Of a stretch of DNA of 64,000 bases, positions 47,977 through 61,241 are shown one piece after another. The position numbers and the translations under genes were made by a program. Under the pieces are notes generated by a model that worked only from the letters and a program-made list of their open reading frames with translations, had not been told where the DNA came from and ran no database searches. This stretch comes from Macrostomum lignano. Lineage: Eukaryota. Position 1 is the stretch's first letter; every line of letters starts with the position of its first letter. The stretch is from NCBI GenBank assembly GCA_002269645.1, contig NIVC01000859.1, forward strand, positions 248,001 through 312,000. The letters run 5' to 3'.

Positions 47977-48472
47977 TAGGGATTGCAATCCCGGGATCCC
48001 GGTATCCCCAAATCCCGGGACTAATTTTTGTTAATAATTTTTACAAAAAGTGCTGTAATCTAAACATAATTAGGCCCACAAGTAGTTTATTATACTGCAC
48101 TAATTTCCGTTAATTGCCTCACGTCGTGTGGCACCTTTTTAAACCCCGCATCACAGATTTAAATGTGAAATTAATTCCAGTTTAAATTTTGATATGATTT
48201 GCTTCTTTACTACTAATTAGTACATTTATACTACTCACTTCAATAGGTCACAAGATAATGCTGTTTATCATCTACAAATACATCATTATCTCTATAACAA
48301 TAAAAAATTAAGCAAAAAAGCGTTTAGCGCATATTTCGCCTTAAAATTTCAACCTATAAGCATAAAAATCTGTATTATTCTGATCCCGGGATTCAATCTC
48401 GGGATTGGCCAAATTCCGGGATTAAATCCCGGGATGCCGGGATCACAAAAATCCGGGATTTTGCAATCCCTA
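47977..48472. mobile_element. hAT-type MITE, 496 bp
   Basis: 12-bp TIR TAGGGATTGCAA/TTGCAATCCCTA, 8-bp TSD gagaagag (47969-47976, 48473-48480), and subterminal CCCGGGAT repeats. Confidence 0.9.
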
Positions 48473-48814
48473 GAGAAGAGACAAAACCCTGAGCACGAAC
48501 GATCTGCGCATTATAAATGCGATTTATAATTAGATTCGTGGTGGAGAGAATATCAGTGCGAGAAAGAGACCAATGGACGACAGATAATGCCTTTTACAAT
48601 AAATATATATATATATGTGCATGTGCTTTTCGATGCCTGTGCTTTTCACAGCACCCCCCTCGGTCACCACCCCCCAGGTAAGTCTGTGGGAGCTTTCCAA
48701 TTTCAGGGGGCGTCGCCATGGATTTTATGGTGGTGGGGGGACAAAGCCAAGATTAAGAATTCAATTAAAGTTCCCATATTGTTTAGGGAATCAGTGTGTT
48801 TTTAGCATTCATTT

Positions 48815-49470
48815 TGGCGCCGCAGGCACTCATTTATTGGCATTGACACCATAGGCAGGCACTCATTTAGACTCCACAGGCACTCATTTTGGCGCCGAAG
48901 GCAGGCACTCATTTTGGCGCCAAAGGCAGGCACTCATTTTGGCGCCGAAGGCACTTATTTTGGCGCCACAGGCACTCATTTTGGCGCCGAAGGCAGGCAC
49001 TCATTTTGGCGCCGAAGGCAGGCACTCATTTTGGCGCCGAAGGCAGGCACTTATTTTGGCGCCGCAGGCAGGCACTCATTTTGGCGCCGAAGACAGGCAC
49101 TCATTTTGGCGCCGCAGGCAGGCACTCATTCTGGCGCCGCAGACAGGCACTCATTTTGGCGCCGAAGACAGGCACTCATTTTGGCGCCGAAGGCAGGCAC
49201 TCATTTTGGCGCCGCAGACAGGCACTCATTTTGGCGCCGAGGGCAGGCACTCATTTTGGCGCCGAAGGCAGGCACTCATTCTGGCGCCGCAGACAGGCAC
49301 TCATTTTGGCGCCACAGACAGGCACTCATTCTGGCGCCGCAGACAGGCACTCATTTTGGCGCCGAAGACAGGCACTCATTTTGGCGCCGAAGGCAGGCAC
49401 TCATTTTGGCGCCGCAGACAGGCACTCATTTTGGCGCCGAGGGCAGGCACTCATTTTGGCGCCGAAGGCA
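48815..49470 (+). repeat. 21/25-bp minisatellite (AGGC[AGGC]ACTCATTTTGGCGCCG(C/A)); partner array at 55985-56525
   Basis: Tandem array downstream of the ggggcgtcgccatggattttatgg head; it explains the three overlapping repetitive ORFs. Confidence 0.95.
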
Positions 49471-50904
49471 GGCAGGCAAGGTGAATTGAAAATACATGTA
49501 ACCTTAACACAGCCAGTTAAAAACTTTGCCTTAACACTCTGCAGTGACAAAGGTGACACAGTCTATAAATAATTAAAGACACTGGCTTTATTTAACTCAG
49601 GATCAAGCTTCATATATATACAGTTTTTCTTACAAATCAATCAATATTTCGGCTTTCAATTTTTGATCAATTTTTGAAACTTTAGGAGAGCTGGCGGCCC
49701 CGCCCCCAGCCTTACGCCCACGCTAAGCTAACAAAAATCAGGTGCACTCAAAGAAGGTTGAATTTTAAGAAAAAATTGTTGCTCTTATGCTGCTACTCGC
49801 TATGGTGTTACTAAAAATCATCAATTCGATTTACAATTCTTTTCCAAAATAATCGAACAGCTTAAAAAGAAAGATTTAAAGAAATGAACTTTTGTGACCC
49901 TGAAAAGGGCCGTTTGAAAGATAAATTTTTTAATTTGCTGCCGTAACAGGAGCAACAAAGGCACATAAAACGCAGGTACAACTTAGTGCTAGCGCCCCCT
50001 GCGACGGCGTCCTCAGTGATGGCGCCCGTTTGTGGCTGGCGCCCTTTGGTGCGCGCATTTTGAAAAATTTAATTTGGCAACGAATTCTAAATAAAAAGGT
50101 TTTAAACAGCAGTAGTAGTGAATGCAAAATTAAATAAAGAGTTTCGGTGTGTTCAAATAAATGGTTGAATGAATTAAAACTAACTTCCAAGGTCCCCAAA
50201 AAATGTGCGGTAGCCCTGAAAAGGGCCGTTTTATACATATACAATTTTCTCTGCTCTGTCAGAACGGAACAAGGCAGGCACAAAGAACACACGCTAAAAT
50301 AATGTTTGCTGCGCACATTAGTGCTAGCGCCCCTAGCGATGGCGCTCGATTGTTGGTGGCTGGCGCCCTTTAGTGCGCGCGTTAATTTTAGCAAATAGTT
50401 TATTTAGTAGCAAATCCTAAACAGCAGGGTTCTAACTAAACATTAGTAGTAGAGCAAATGCAAAATTTAAAGTTTAAAAATAATTCAACGCGTTGGTTGA
50501 AAAATAAATTAAAAAGAATTCCCCTGGTCGCCAAGCAAGTAGTGTGCTGGACCTGAAAAGGGCCATTTTAAATATTTACTCTACTTTGTTTGGCCAGAAC
50601 AGGGTAATGCAGGCACATTAAAAAAAATACACACGAAAAGAGTTTTCAAGTGTTCGAATTAAATGACATAAAATTAATTCTCCAAAGTCCCCCCTAAAGT
50701 AAGCTTTGTGCTGGCCCTGAAATGCCGTTTTGAAGATTTACTATTTAGATTGCTTTGCCAAAACATAGCAATGGCAAATTAAATTTAAGTATACATGCTA
50801 AGAGTTTTTTCCGTTTTCTAATTTTCTAATTCTCTAATTAAATAAACAATTATGAACTCCCAGGTCCTCAAGTGAGAGCTTGAGTGTACTTGCCCCTGAA
50901 AAGG

Positions 50905-52450
50905 GCTACTCCCTCCACCTATCCACCCTCTCTCCATTCATTCTACCCCTTTCCCTTCACTCTACCCCTTTCCCTTCACTCTACCCCTTTCCCTTCACTC
51001 TACCCCTCTCCCTTCACTCTACCCCTTTCCCTTCACTCTACCCCTTTCCCTTCACTCTACCCCTTTCCCTTCACTCTACCCCTCTCCCTTCACTCTACCC
51101 CTCTCCCTTCACTCTACCCCTCTCCCTTCACTCTACCCCTCTCCCTTCACTCTACCCCTCTCCCTTCACTCTACCCCTCTCCCTTCACTCTACCCCTCTC
51201 CCTTCACTCTACCCCTCTCCCTTCACTCTACCCCTCTCCCTTCACTCTACCCCTCTCCCTTCACTCTACCCCTCTCCCTTCACTCTACCCCTCTCCCTTC
51301 ACTCTACCCCTCTCCCTTCACTCTACCCCTTTCCCTTCACTCTACCCCTCTCCCTTCACTCTACCCCTCTCCCTTCACTCTACCCCTCTCCCTTCACTCT
51401 ACCCCTCTCCCTTCACTCTACCCCTCTCCCTTCACTCTACCCCTCTCCCTTCACTCTACCCCTCTCCCTTCACTCTACCCCTCTCCCTTCACTCTACCCC
51501 TCTCCCTTCACTCTACCCCTCTCCCTTCACTCTACCCCTCTCCCTTCACTCTACCCCTCTCCCTTCACTCTACCCCTCTCCCTTCACTCTACCCCTCTCC
51601 CTTCACTCTACCCCTCTCCCTTCACTCTACCCCTCTCCCTTCACTCTACCCCTCTCCCTTCACTCTACCCCTCTCCCTTCACTCTACCCCTCTCCCTTCA
51701 CTCTACCCCTCTCCCTTCACTCTACCCCTCTCCCTTCACTCTACCCCTCTCCCTTCACTCTACCCCTCTCCCTTCACTCTACCCCTTTCCCTTCACTCTA
51801 CCCCTCTCCCTTCACTCTACCCCTCTCCCTTCACTCTACCCCTCTCCCTTCACTCTACCCCTCTCCCTTCACTCTACCCCTCTCCCTTCACTCTACCCCT
51901 CTCCCTTCACTCTACCCCTCTCCCTTCACTCTACCCTTCTCCCTTCACTCTACCCCTCTCCCTTCACTCTACCCCTCTCCCTTCACTCTACCCATCTCCC
52001 TTCACTCTAACCCCATCTCCCTTCACTCTAACCCCATCTCCCTTCACTCTAACCCCATCTCCTTCACTCTAACCCCATCTCCCTTCACTCTAACCCCATC
52101 TCCCTTCACTCTAACCCCATCTCCCTTCACTCTAACCCCATCTCCCTTCACTCTAACCCCATCTCCTTTCACTCTAACCCCATCTCCTTTCACTCTAACC
52201 CCATCTCCTTTCACTCTAACCCCATCTCCCTTCACTCTACCCCATCTCCCTTCACTCTAACCCCATCTCCCTTCACTCTAACCCCATCTCCCTTCACTCT
52301 AACCCCATCTCCCCTCACTCTAACCCCCTCTCCCTTCAATCTACCCCATCTCCCTTCACTCTAACCCCATCTCCCTTCACTCTAACCCCCTCTCCCTTCA
52401 CTCTAACCCCTCTCCCTTCACTCTACCCCCTCTCCCTTCACCCTACCTTT
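50905..52450 (+). repeat. Minisatellite M2: 19-bp block (CTCTACCCCTCTCCCTTCA, ~50950-51985) followed by a 21-bp block
   Basis: The period changes from 19 to 21 near 51990. Confidence 0.97.
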
Positions 52451-55144
52451 ATATTTCACTATACCACGCACCCTCTGTGCACGCTCTGTGCACCCTCTGA
52501 AGTAGTGCACGCAGTCTGCCTAAACCACTTAAATGCTGCCATGCAAATATTACTTCTCCACTATGACCTCTCTTTTCATCAGTAATTTCCCATAGTATTC
52601 CCATGGTAACAGCTCTATCTCACCCAGTCTAGCGCGTATCTCAACCAGTTGAGCACATATATCTCATCTCAACCAGCCTACTAGTAGCACATATTTCAAC
52701 CAGTCTAGCACATATCTCACCCAGTCTGCACATCTCATAGTCTTGATGGGTTTCGACCTTTCAGGCCCCTTGCGAGGAAGCCGTCGGGCCTCAGGTCTCA
52801 GAAATAAATCAAATAGAGTCCTGGCCCCCCACTCCTGTCAGATGGTCAGCCCCATGGTAGCTTGATCGTGTGGCGAGCAGTCTAGGTCCTATAGCTAAGA
52901 GAGTGACAGCGAGAGACGAGCAGGGAGAATTTTGAAAGTAGAAATTAGCTAATCCGCAGATCAACTAACTCGCTACCACCAGCCCGTACGTCCTGGCTCA
53001 CCACACCGGGACTCTCGAAATCGGGCTTCCGACTAGAAGGGGCTTTGCACTTACCTGCCAACTAGTGTATTTTTGCTGTCTATCTCGAAGTCATAGCCGA
53101 TGATAAGGGACACTGCTGGGACTAGATCGCATTGGCCATGCAGGTACAGAGGGGACTTGTGCAGGGGATTCTTGCAGTGGCGAGTCTATGGGGTAGCTAA
53201 ATGTACTATTACATTGCTAAATACGAAGATATGTACTTTTGGCCTTCAACGCGCCAACTAGCCTCTCATAGCGCTGATGATAGACTAACTCGAACTTCAG
53301 AGACCGCATGATTCATCACCCGAGCCGCTTGGCTACCCTAGAGTGCACAAAGTACATCTCTGGCGCCGATTCTGCACTTCTGGCAGTTTTGCTCACTGAT
53401 TTGATTGATTGATCGACTGAAAACCGCCTTGCCATTGGTCCACTGTGACCGGCGCCTACTAGCTTAGCTACTCATCTGAGCCATCGGCGAACAAAGAAAT
53501 AAAACCGATAAAAATAACTGTTAGATTTAACCTTCTCCTTAGATCACTTCACACTTCAGATTGAATTGGAGTTTAGACTACTAGCAGTATTATTAAGTGA
53601 TTTCTGCCTCAGCAACAGCACTACTGAACAAAATGAGCAAAAGTGTGCGCCTAATCCAGCTACTGAAACAGGGGACAGATAGGGAATCACCCAATCAAGC
53701 AAGTCTAGGTAGCTTCTCACCCAACCAATCAGAAACTCAACAGCCGGAGACCAGGTAATCCACAGTGACCGAATCGGCTTGATGCTCTGTAGCTGTAGAC
53801 TCGGGATGATGCTGTCACAGTCTTCGCAGATAGCTAGCAGGTGATGATCTTAACTTTGATGTTCGCTGCTGATGACCGGGGGATTCGTCCTTGATGATGA
53901 TGGGGGGGGGGGGAAGTCGCAATCCGGGGATCAAGAAACGACGGTCGCGCTCCTGGATGTCTCAAGCTAGGCTAAGGTCCCCGGAGGTTGAGGTCCGAGC
54001 GGGGTCGTAAAAAGATGACAGGTGCGGCCATAAATCACTCAAAATCGCAACAAAATGATTTATGACTTTTCGCGTAGGATTGACAGAAATTAATGAAAAA
54101 ATATACATTAGAAAGCTCTTATTAAATAGAAAGTGAAGATAATGAAGAGAAATCGCTAATCGCTAATCCCAAAGTACCTTTAGGGGTAAAACGCATAGCT
54201 GTCAAAGCTGTCACACGCTTGAGTGAACCCGAACAATAGGCTCTGACCTCATAAATCTTGATGGCCTGTCAAAATGATGAGAAAAAAGCTACCGCCCGCA
54301 TCCTCTCAGACCATCTGGCGCCAGTCTCAACACTGAGTGAGGCGCAGGTGGCTGTCAGACCAACTTCGGAAGCGATGATTTATGACCCAAAAAGCTATGC
54401 CCATGTTATTATGACTACTAGTATGACCAGACATTATATCTAGTATAGATTTTATGACTATTCGCAGAAAAAGGATAAAAATGCCCAGTGCCCACCTGTT
54501 AGTAGGCCGGTAAGTTTAGAGCCCATGTGCTAGCGCGGGGTTTGGAAAAAAGTGCGTCCTCATCAGTCTGAAAAACACTGAGACTTATGCTGGGTGGCCA
54601 ATAGTTACGAGCTACTTTAATTTAAATATGTATCAAACTGCATTTATATTGGAGGCTTTATATTGCTATTTTTTTCACAGAGTTTACACGATTCTAGCTA
54701 GGATTTTATCCCTAATTCTTAAATTATGAGAAATGTCCTTTATGACTCAATCCTATTATGCAGATCAGGGGTCAGACAGTCTTTTTTACTTCAAGAGCCT
54801 CGTTTTGATGATGATGAGTTCAGCTTATGACTGCGGCACGGATAAGAGTGGAAAGGCGAGAGATAGGATGAGACTGGTCAGAGAATAGACAAAACAGCAG
54901 ATAAGAGAAGATAAAAGAGGAGAGGAGAAGTGGGCGAGAGGAGAAAGAAGAGAGAAGAGGAGAAAGGGGTGAGAGGAGAGGAAAGGGAGGAGAGGAAAGA
55001 GGGTGAGAGGAGAAGGAAGAGAGAAGAGGATAGATAGGTGAGAAGAAAGGGGAACTGGAGAGATCCGAAGGGTAGAGAGTGTATACTCGTAGAGAAGAGT
55101 GGAGAGGAAGGAGAGGGGAGAGAAGAGAAGAGAGCAGAGAAGAG

Positions 55145-55640
55145 TAGGGATTGCAATCCCGGGATCCCGGTATCCCCAAATCCCGGGACTAATTTTTGTT
55201 AATAATTTTTACAAAAAGTGCTGTAATCTAAACATAATTAGGCCCACAAGTAGTTTATTATACTGCACTAATTTCCGTTAATTGCCTCACGTCGTGTGGC
55301 ACCTTTTTAAACCCCGCATCACAGATTTAAATGTGAAATTAATTCCAGTTTAAATTTTGATATGATTTGCTTCTTTACTACTAATTAGTACATTTATACT
55401 ACTCACTTCAATAGGTCACAAGATAATGCTGTTTATCATCTACAAATACATCATTATCTCTATAACAATAAAAAATTAAGCAAAAAAGCGTTTAGCGCAT
55501 ATTTCGCCTTAAAATTTCAACCTATAAGCATAAAAATCTGTATTATTCTGATCCCGGGATTCAATCTCGGGATTGGCCAAATTCCGGGATTAAATCCCGG
55601 GATGCCGGGATCACAAAAATCCGGGATTTTGCAATCCCTA
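55145..55640. mobile_element. hAT-type MITE, duplicate copy
   Basis: Same TIR and 8-bp TSD (55137-55144, 55641-55648). Confidence 0.9.
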
Positions 55641-57879
55641 GAGAAGAGACAAAACCCTGAGCACGAACGATCTGCGCATTATAAATGCGATTTATAATTA
55701 GATTCGTGGTGGAGAGAATATCAGTGCGAGAAAGAGACCAATGGACGACAGATAATGCCCTTTACAATAAATATATATATATATATATATATGTGCATGT
55801 GCTTTTCGATGCCTGTGCTTTTCACAGCACCCCCTTCGGTCACCACCCCCCAGGTAAGTCTGTGGGAGCTTTCCAATTTCAGGGGGCGTCGCCATGGATT
55901 TATGGTGGTGGGGGGACAAAGCCAAGATTAAGAATTCAATTAAAGTTCCCATATTGTTTAGGGAATCAGTGTGTTTTTAGCATTCATTTTGGCGCCGCAG
56001 GCACTCATTTATTGGCATTGACACCATAGGCAGGCACTCATTTAGACTCCACAGGCACTCATTTTGGCGCCGCAGGCACTCATTTTGATGCTGCAGGCAC
56101 TCATTTTAGCGCCGAAGGCAGGCACTCATTTTGGCGCCGCAGGCACTTATTTTGGCGCCGAAGGCAGGCACTCATTTTGGCGCCGCAGGCACTTATTTTG
56201 GCGCCGAAGGCAGGCACTCATTTTGGCGCCGCAGGCACTCATTTTGATGCCGCAGGCACTCATTTTAGCGCAGAAGGCAGGCACTCATTTTGGCGCCGCA
56301 GGTACTTATTTTGGCGCCGAAGGCAGGCACTTATTTTGGCGCCGAAGGCAGGCACTTATTTTGGCGCCGCAGGTACTTATTTTGGCGCCGAAGGCAGGCA
56401 CTCATTTTGGCGCCGAAGACAGGCACTCATTTTGGCGCCGCAGACAGGCACTCATTTTGGCGCCGCAGACAGGCACTCATTTTGGCGCCGCAGACAGGCA
56501 CTCATTTTGGCGCCGAAGGCAGGCAGGCAAGGTGAATTGAAAATACATGTAACCTTAACATAGCCAGTTAACAACTTTGCCTTAACACTCTGCAGTGACA
56601 AAGGTGACACAGTCTATAAATAATTAAAGACACTGGCTTTATTTAACTCAGGATCAAGCTTCATATATATACAGTTTTTCTTACAAATCAATCAATATTT
56701 CGGCTTTCAATTTTTGATCAATTTTTGAAACTTTAGGAGAGCTGGCGGCCCCGCCCCCAAGCCTTACGCCCACGCTAAGCTAACAAAAATCAGGTGCACT
56801 CAAAGAAGGTTGAATTTTAAGAAAAAATTGTTGCTCTCATGCTGCTACTCGCTATGGTGTTACTAAAAATCATCAATTCGATTTACAATTCTTTTCCAAA
56901 ATAATCGAACAGCTTAAAAAAAAGATTTAAAGAAAATGAACTTTTGTGACCCTGAAAAGGGCCGTTTCAAAGATAAATTTTTAATTTGCTGCTGGAACAG
57001 GAGCAACAAAGGCACATAAAACGCAGGCACAACTTAGTGCTAGCGCCCCCTGCGACGGAGTCCTCAGTGATGGCGCCCGTTTGTGGCTGGCGCCTTTTGG
57101 TGCGCGAATTTTGAAAAATTTAATTTGGCAACGAATTCTAAATAAAAAGGTTTTAAACAGCAGTAGTAGTGAATGCAAAATTAAATAAAGAGTTTCGGTG
57201 TGTTCAAATAAATGGTTGAATGAATTAAAATTAACTTCCAAGGTCCCCAAAAAATGTGCGGTAGCCCTGAAAAGGACCGTTTTATACATATACTATTTTC
57301 TTTGCTCTGTCAGAACGGAACAAGGCAGGCACAAAGAACACACGCTAAAATAATGTTTGCTGCGCACATTAGTGCTAGCGCCCCTAGCGATGGCGCTCGA
57401 TTGTTGGTGGCTGGCGCCCTTTAGTGCGCGCGTTAATTTTAGCAAATAGTTTATTTAGTAGCAAATCCTAAACAGCAAGGTTCTAACTAAACATTAGTAG
57501 TAGAGCAAATGCAAAATTTAAAGTTTAAAAATAGTTCAACGCGTTGGTTGAAGAATAAATTAAAAAGAATTCCCCTGGTCGCCATGCAAGTAGTGTGCTG
57601 GACCTGAAAAGGGCCGTTTTAAGTATTTACTTCTTACTTTGCTTGGCCAGAACAGGGTAATGCAGGCACATTAAAAAAATACACACGAAAAGAGTTTTGA
57701 AGTGCTCGAATTAAATGACGTAAAATTAATTCTCAAAGTCCCCCCTAAAGTAAGCTTTGTGCTGGCCCTGAAAAATGCCGTTTTGAAGATTTACTATTTG
57801 AAGATTCAGATCGAAATCATTAACGATAGACCATAGACAGAATAGACACTATTCTCCTTTTCCTCGACCCCCTTACCCA

Positions 57880-58490
57880 TCAGTTTACCCTCTCCACCCT
57901 TCAGTCTACCCCCTCTCCCTTCACTTTACCCCCTCCTCCCTCCACTCTATCCACCCTCTCTCCATTCACTCTACCCCTTTCCCTTCACTCTACCCCTCTC
58001 CCTTCACTCTACCCCTTCTCCCTTCACTCTACCCCTCTCCCTTCACTCTACCCCTTCTCCCTTCACTCTACCCCTTCTCCCTTCACTCTACCCCTCTCCC
58101 TTCACTCTACCCCTCTCCCTTCACTCTACCCCTCTCGCTTCACTCTACCCCTCTATCTTCAATCTACCCGCTTCTCCCTTCTCACATAACCCCCTTCTCC
58201 CTTCACTTTACCCCCTTCTCCCTTCACTTTACCCCCTTCTCCCTTCACTCTACCCCTCTCCCTTCACTCTACCCCTTCTCCCTTCACTCTACCCCTTCTC
58301 CCTTCACTCTACCCCTCTCCCTTCACTCTACCCCTCTCCCTTCACTCTACCCCTCTCCCTTCACTCTACCCCTCTATCTTCAATCTACCCGCTTCTCCCT
58401 TCTCACATAACCCCCTTCTCCCTTCACTTTACCCCCTTCTCCCTTCACTTTACCCCCTTCTCCCTTCACTCTACCCCTCTCCCTTCACTC
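57880..58490 (+). repeat. Minisatellite M3, 19/20-bp variants
   Basis: It opens with the same ctatccaccctctctccattca lead-in as M2. Confidence 0.92.
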
Positions 58491-59621
58491 TACTGGAGTG
58501 GCGGATCTACATGTAGAATTTCATTTTGGGGCGGGGGGCGGTCCAAGTGAGTATGAGGTGCTCAATTTTTAAGCTAGGGGCGCAAATAGGCGTGCAGCTA
58601 GGCGGGGGGGGGGTGGCGAAAAATCAAGATTAGGGGCGCAAGCTTAGGTTTTTGGGAGCTCAATATGTTCTATCAAAGTATTTCCATGGGCGAAGAGAAT
58701 GTTAGAGGGGGGATGGGAGAGGCACTGCAAGCAGCTGCACTCATTTTGGCGCCCTGAAGCAACATTGCTGATTTCCGTAACGGGTTACTACAAGTTGTGG
58801 TGGGGATCGAAGGATAACGCATTGGCTTGTCCACCCTTAGCTTTTACTGGGAGGCCGGGCATTGCCCCCGTCTCTTTCTAAGTTCGATACTACGACAAAA
58901 AAAGTTAATTAATTGTAAATAATATAATTAAGGTGCAGCAGCTAATGTAATAGATGGCGGTAAACTATTAATACCAAAATCTTTTTAAAATATTTTATCA
59001 GAACTTTTTGAACAGAAAATATGGGGGTGCCAACTTATGATCAGCAGCTCAATGGAGCCTTACTACAAGTAAGCTTTACTTGAGTTCAGCTCTTGGACCA
59101 AACCGGCTGGCATCCAGGAGATAAAGGAGACGACGAAGATGGAGCGCAGATTCTGAAGATCTTGTCGATCTGCAAAGCCAACCAGAGCTTTTGTGAACGC
59201 CGTCTCGGAGGACCGACATGACGCAGTGTCGATCGAGTCTCTCTAGTGGGTCGCCACTAACTGGAGGATTTGGTGGCGGGCGTTGGCGCTCTCGGAAGTC
59301 TCCACACGGAGCCGGAGGTGCATGTAGATGAAGATCGGGCGTCAGCGAGGCGTACCTTGAAGCATTTTTATTGCTGGTATTTTATAGATTGGACTAGCAA
59401 TCTAGTGCCCCCTCCTTTGGAGGCGCCCAATGAGGAAGGACCAAATTTAAAAAAATCCAATTAAAAATCACATTTTCTTCAGAACCTTATTCGAGTAATT
59501 TTGTCACGGACAAAGATGTTCTCTATGAATCTCTTTTTTTCTAAAATTAACAAAAGTACACAACAAAATAAAGACTTCGCAAAGATAACAGGCATTCCCA
59601 CTGAATAAAAAGTATCCCCAA

Positions 59622-59733
59622 AACAGCAAGCATCCCCCAGAAAGCAGGCATCCCCCAGAAAGTAAGCATCCCCCAGAAAGCAAGCATCCCCCAGAAAGCA
59701 AGCATCCCGCAGATAGCAAGCATCCTCCAGATA
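59622..59733 (+). repeat. 18-bp repeat (agcaagcatcccccagaa), about 6 units
   Basis: Direct tandem array just before the 12-bp satellite. Confidence 0.85.
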
Positions 59734-59734
59734 G

Positions 59735-60537
59735 AGGCCAAGGCTAAGGCCAAGGCTAAGGCCAAGGCTAAGGCCAAGGCTAAGGCCAAGGCTAAGGCCA
59801 AGGCTAAGGCCAAGGCTAAGGCCAAGGCTAAGGCCAAGGCTAAGGCCAAGGCTAAGGCCAAGGCTAAGGCCAAGGCTAAGGCCAAGGCTAAGGCCAAGGC
59901 TAAGGCCAAGGCTAAGGCCAAGGCTAAGGCCAAGGCTAAGGCCAAGGCTAAGGCCAAGGCTAAGGCCAAGGCTAAGGCCAAGGCTAAGGCCAAGGCTAAG
60001 GCCAAGGCTAAGGCCAAGGCTAAGGCCAAGGCTAAGGCCAAGGCTAAGGCCAAGGCTAAGGCCAAGGCTAAGGCCAAGGCTAAGGCCAAGGCTAAGGCCA
60101 AGGCTAAGGCCAAGGCTAAGGCCAAGGCTAAGGCCAAGGCTAAGGCCAAGGCTAAGGCCAAGGCTAAGGCCAAGGCTAAGGCCAAGGCTAAGGCCAAGGC
60201 TAAGGCCAAGGCTAAGGCCAAGGCTAAGGCCAAGGCTAAGGCCAAGGCTAAGGCCAAGGCTAAGGCCAAGGCTAAGGCCAAGGCTAAGGCCAAGGCTAAG
60301 GCCAAGGCTAAGGCCAAGGCTAAGGCCAAGGCTAAGGCCAAGGCTAAGGCCAAGGCTAAGGCCAAGGCTAAGGCCAAGGCTAAGGCCAAGGCTAAGGCCA
60401 AGGCTAAGGCCAAGGCTAAGGCCAAGGCTAAGGCCAAGGCTAAGGCCAAGGCTAAGGCCAAGGCTAAGGCCAAGGCTAAGGCCAAGGCTAAGGCTAAGGC
60501 TAAGGCCAAGGCTAAGGCCAAGGCTAAGGCCAAGGCT
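59735..60537 (+). repeat. Almost perfect 12-bp satellite (AGGCCAAGGCTA)n, ~800 bp
   Basis: Strict alternation of GCCAAG and GCTAAG with one irregularity near 60490; it explains the LA and LSLG ORFs. Confidence 0.98.
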
Positions 60538-61241
60538 GAGAACGCTTAATTCACTGTAAGTCAAGCGCTACTTTAACAAATAGACTTACCAAGAAACTGT
60601 AATTAAAACTTTAAGTGTCCTACTAAGGTGTCTAAACCGAGCCATTGGTGTCATATTTGATCCTCAGCCATCGAATACCGAATGTACCCGAGCATGTGGC
60701 CGTCGCAAACAGTGGTGCAACGATAAGAAAGGCAAAGCTTCTGATGGCAGCAAACAGACAGCAGTTAACTATGAAAGCCACCAAGCTGATCCAGAGGCAA
60801 AGGTGAAAAATCAAATATAATCTCTTGTCTCGGAGCGACATTGTCTCCACAATGCTTGATTTAATACATGGGTTTGCTGTGGAAAATGACAGTAGGTGAA
60901 CCATTCTAACAGACAGTTTTAATGTCTTCTTCTCTGGTTTTTTTTAGTTTCTTTGACAGCTTGGCCTTTTAGCTAGAGAAGAAATTCATATTTGTTTCTG
61001 TGAGTACTTGTATTGCACGTTTTCTTTCAAACAGTGAATGCATACTGCGTTTTTGTACAGTCTAGAGATGCATCTATTGTTTGTTTAAGAAAACCTCAGT
61101 ACGTACGTACTACGTGCATGTAATTAAAAAAACTGCAGAGTGCATGCATGTAGTTAATTTTTTTGATAAATCGCAATTGCGCGCTTCAAACACAGCTCGA
61201 AAAAAGCATTTGTCGATCGAGACCTACATGTACGAATTCAT

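Larger units (their letters stand above)
45130..57805 (+). repeat. Tandem segmental duplication, period ~7,167 bp (about 45130-50745 versus 52300-57805); an older diverged partial copy of its right end lies at ~42950-43830
   Basis: Identical ORFs at 47091/54258 and 47652/54820; both copies carry the same MITE at the same site. Confidence 0.92.

Noticed and set aside
48889-49572. Three overlapping ORFs in all frames (also 56064-56563 and 61245-61586)
   Set aside because: They are minisatellite artefacts.
44055-52260. Long ORFs of 346, 376 and 458 aa
   Set aside because: They are translations of 19- and 21-bp minisatellites that lack stops.
59479-60564. LSLG and LA repeat ORFs; possible nematode telomere
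   Set aside because: This is a 12-bp satellite; neither strand reads TTAGGC or TTAGGG.
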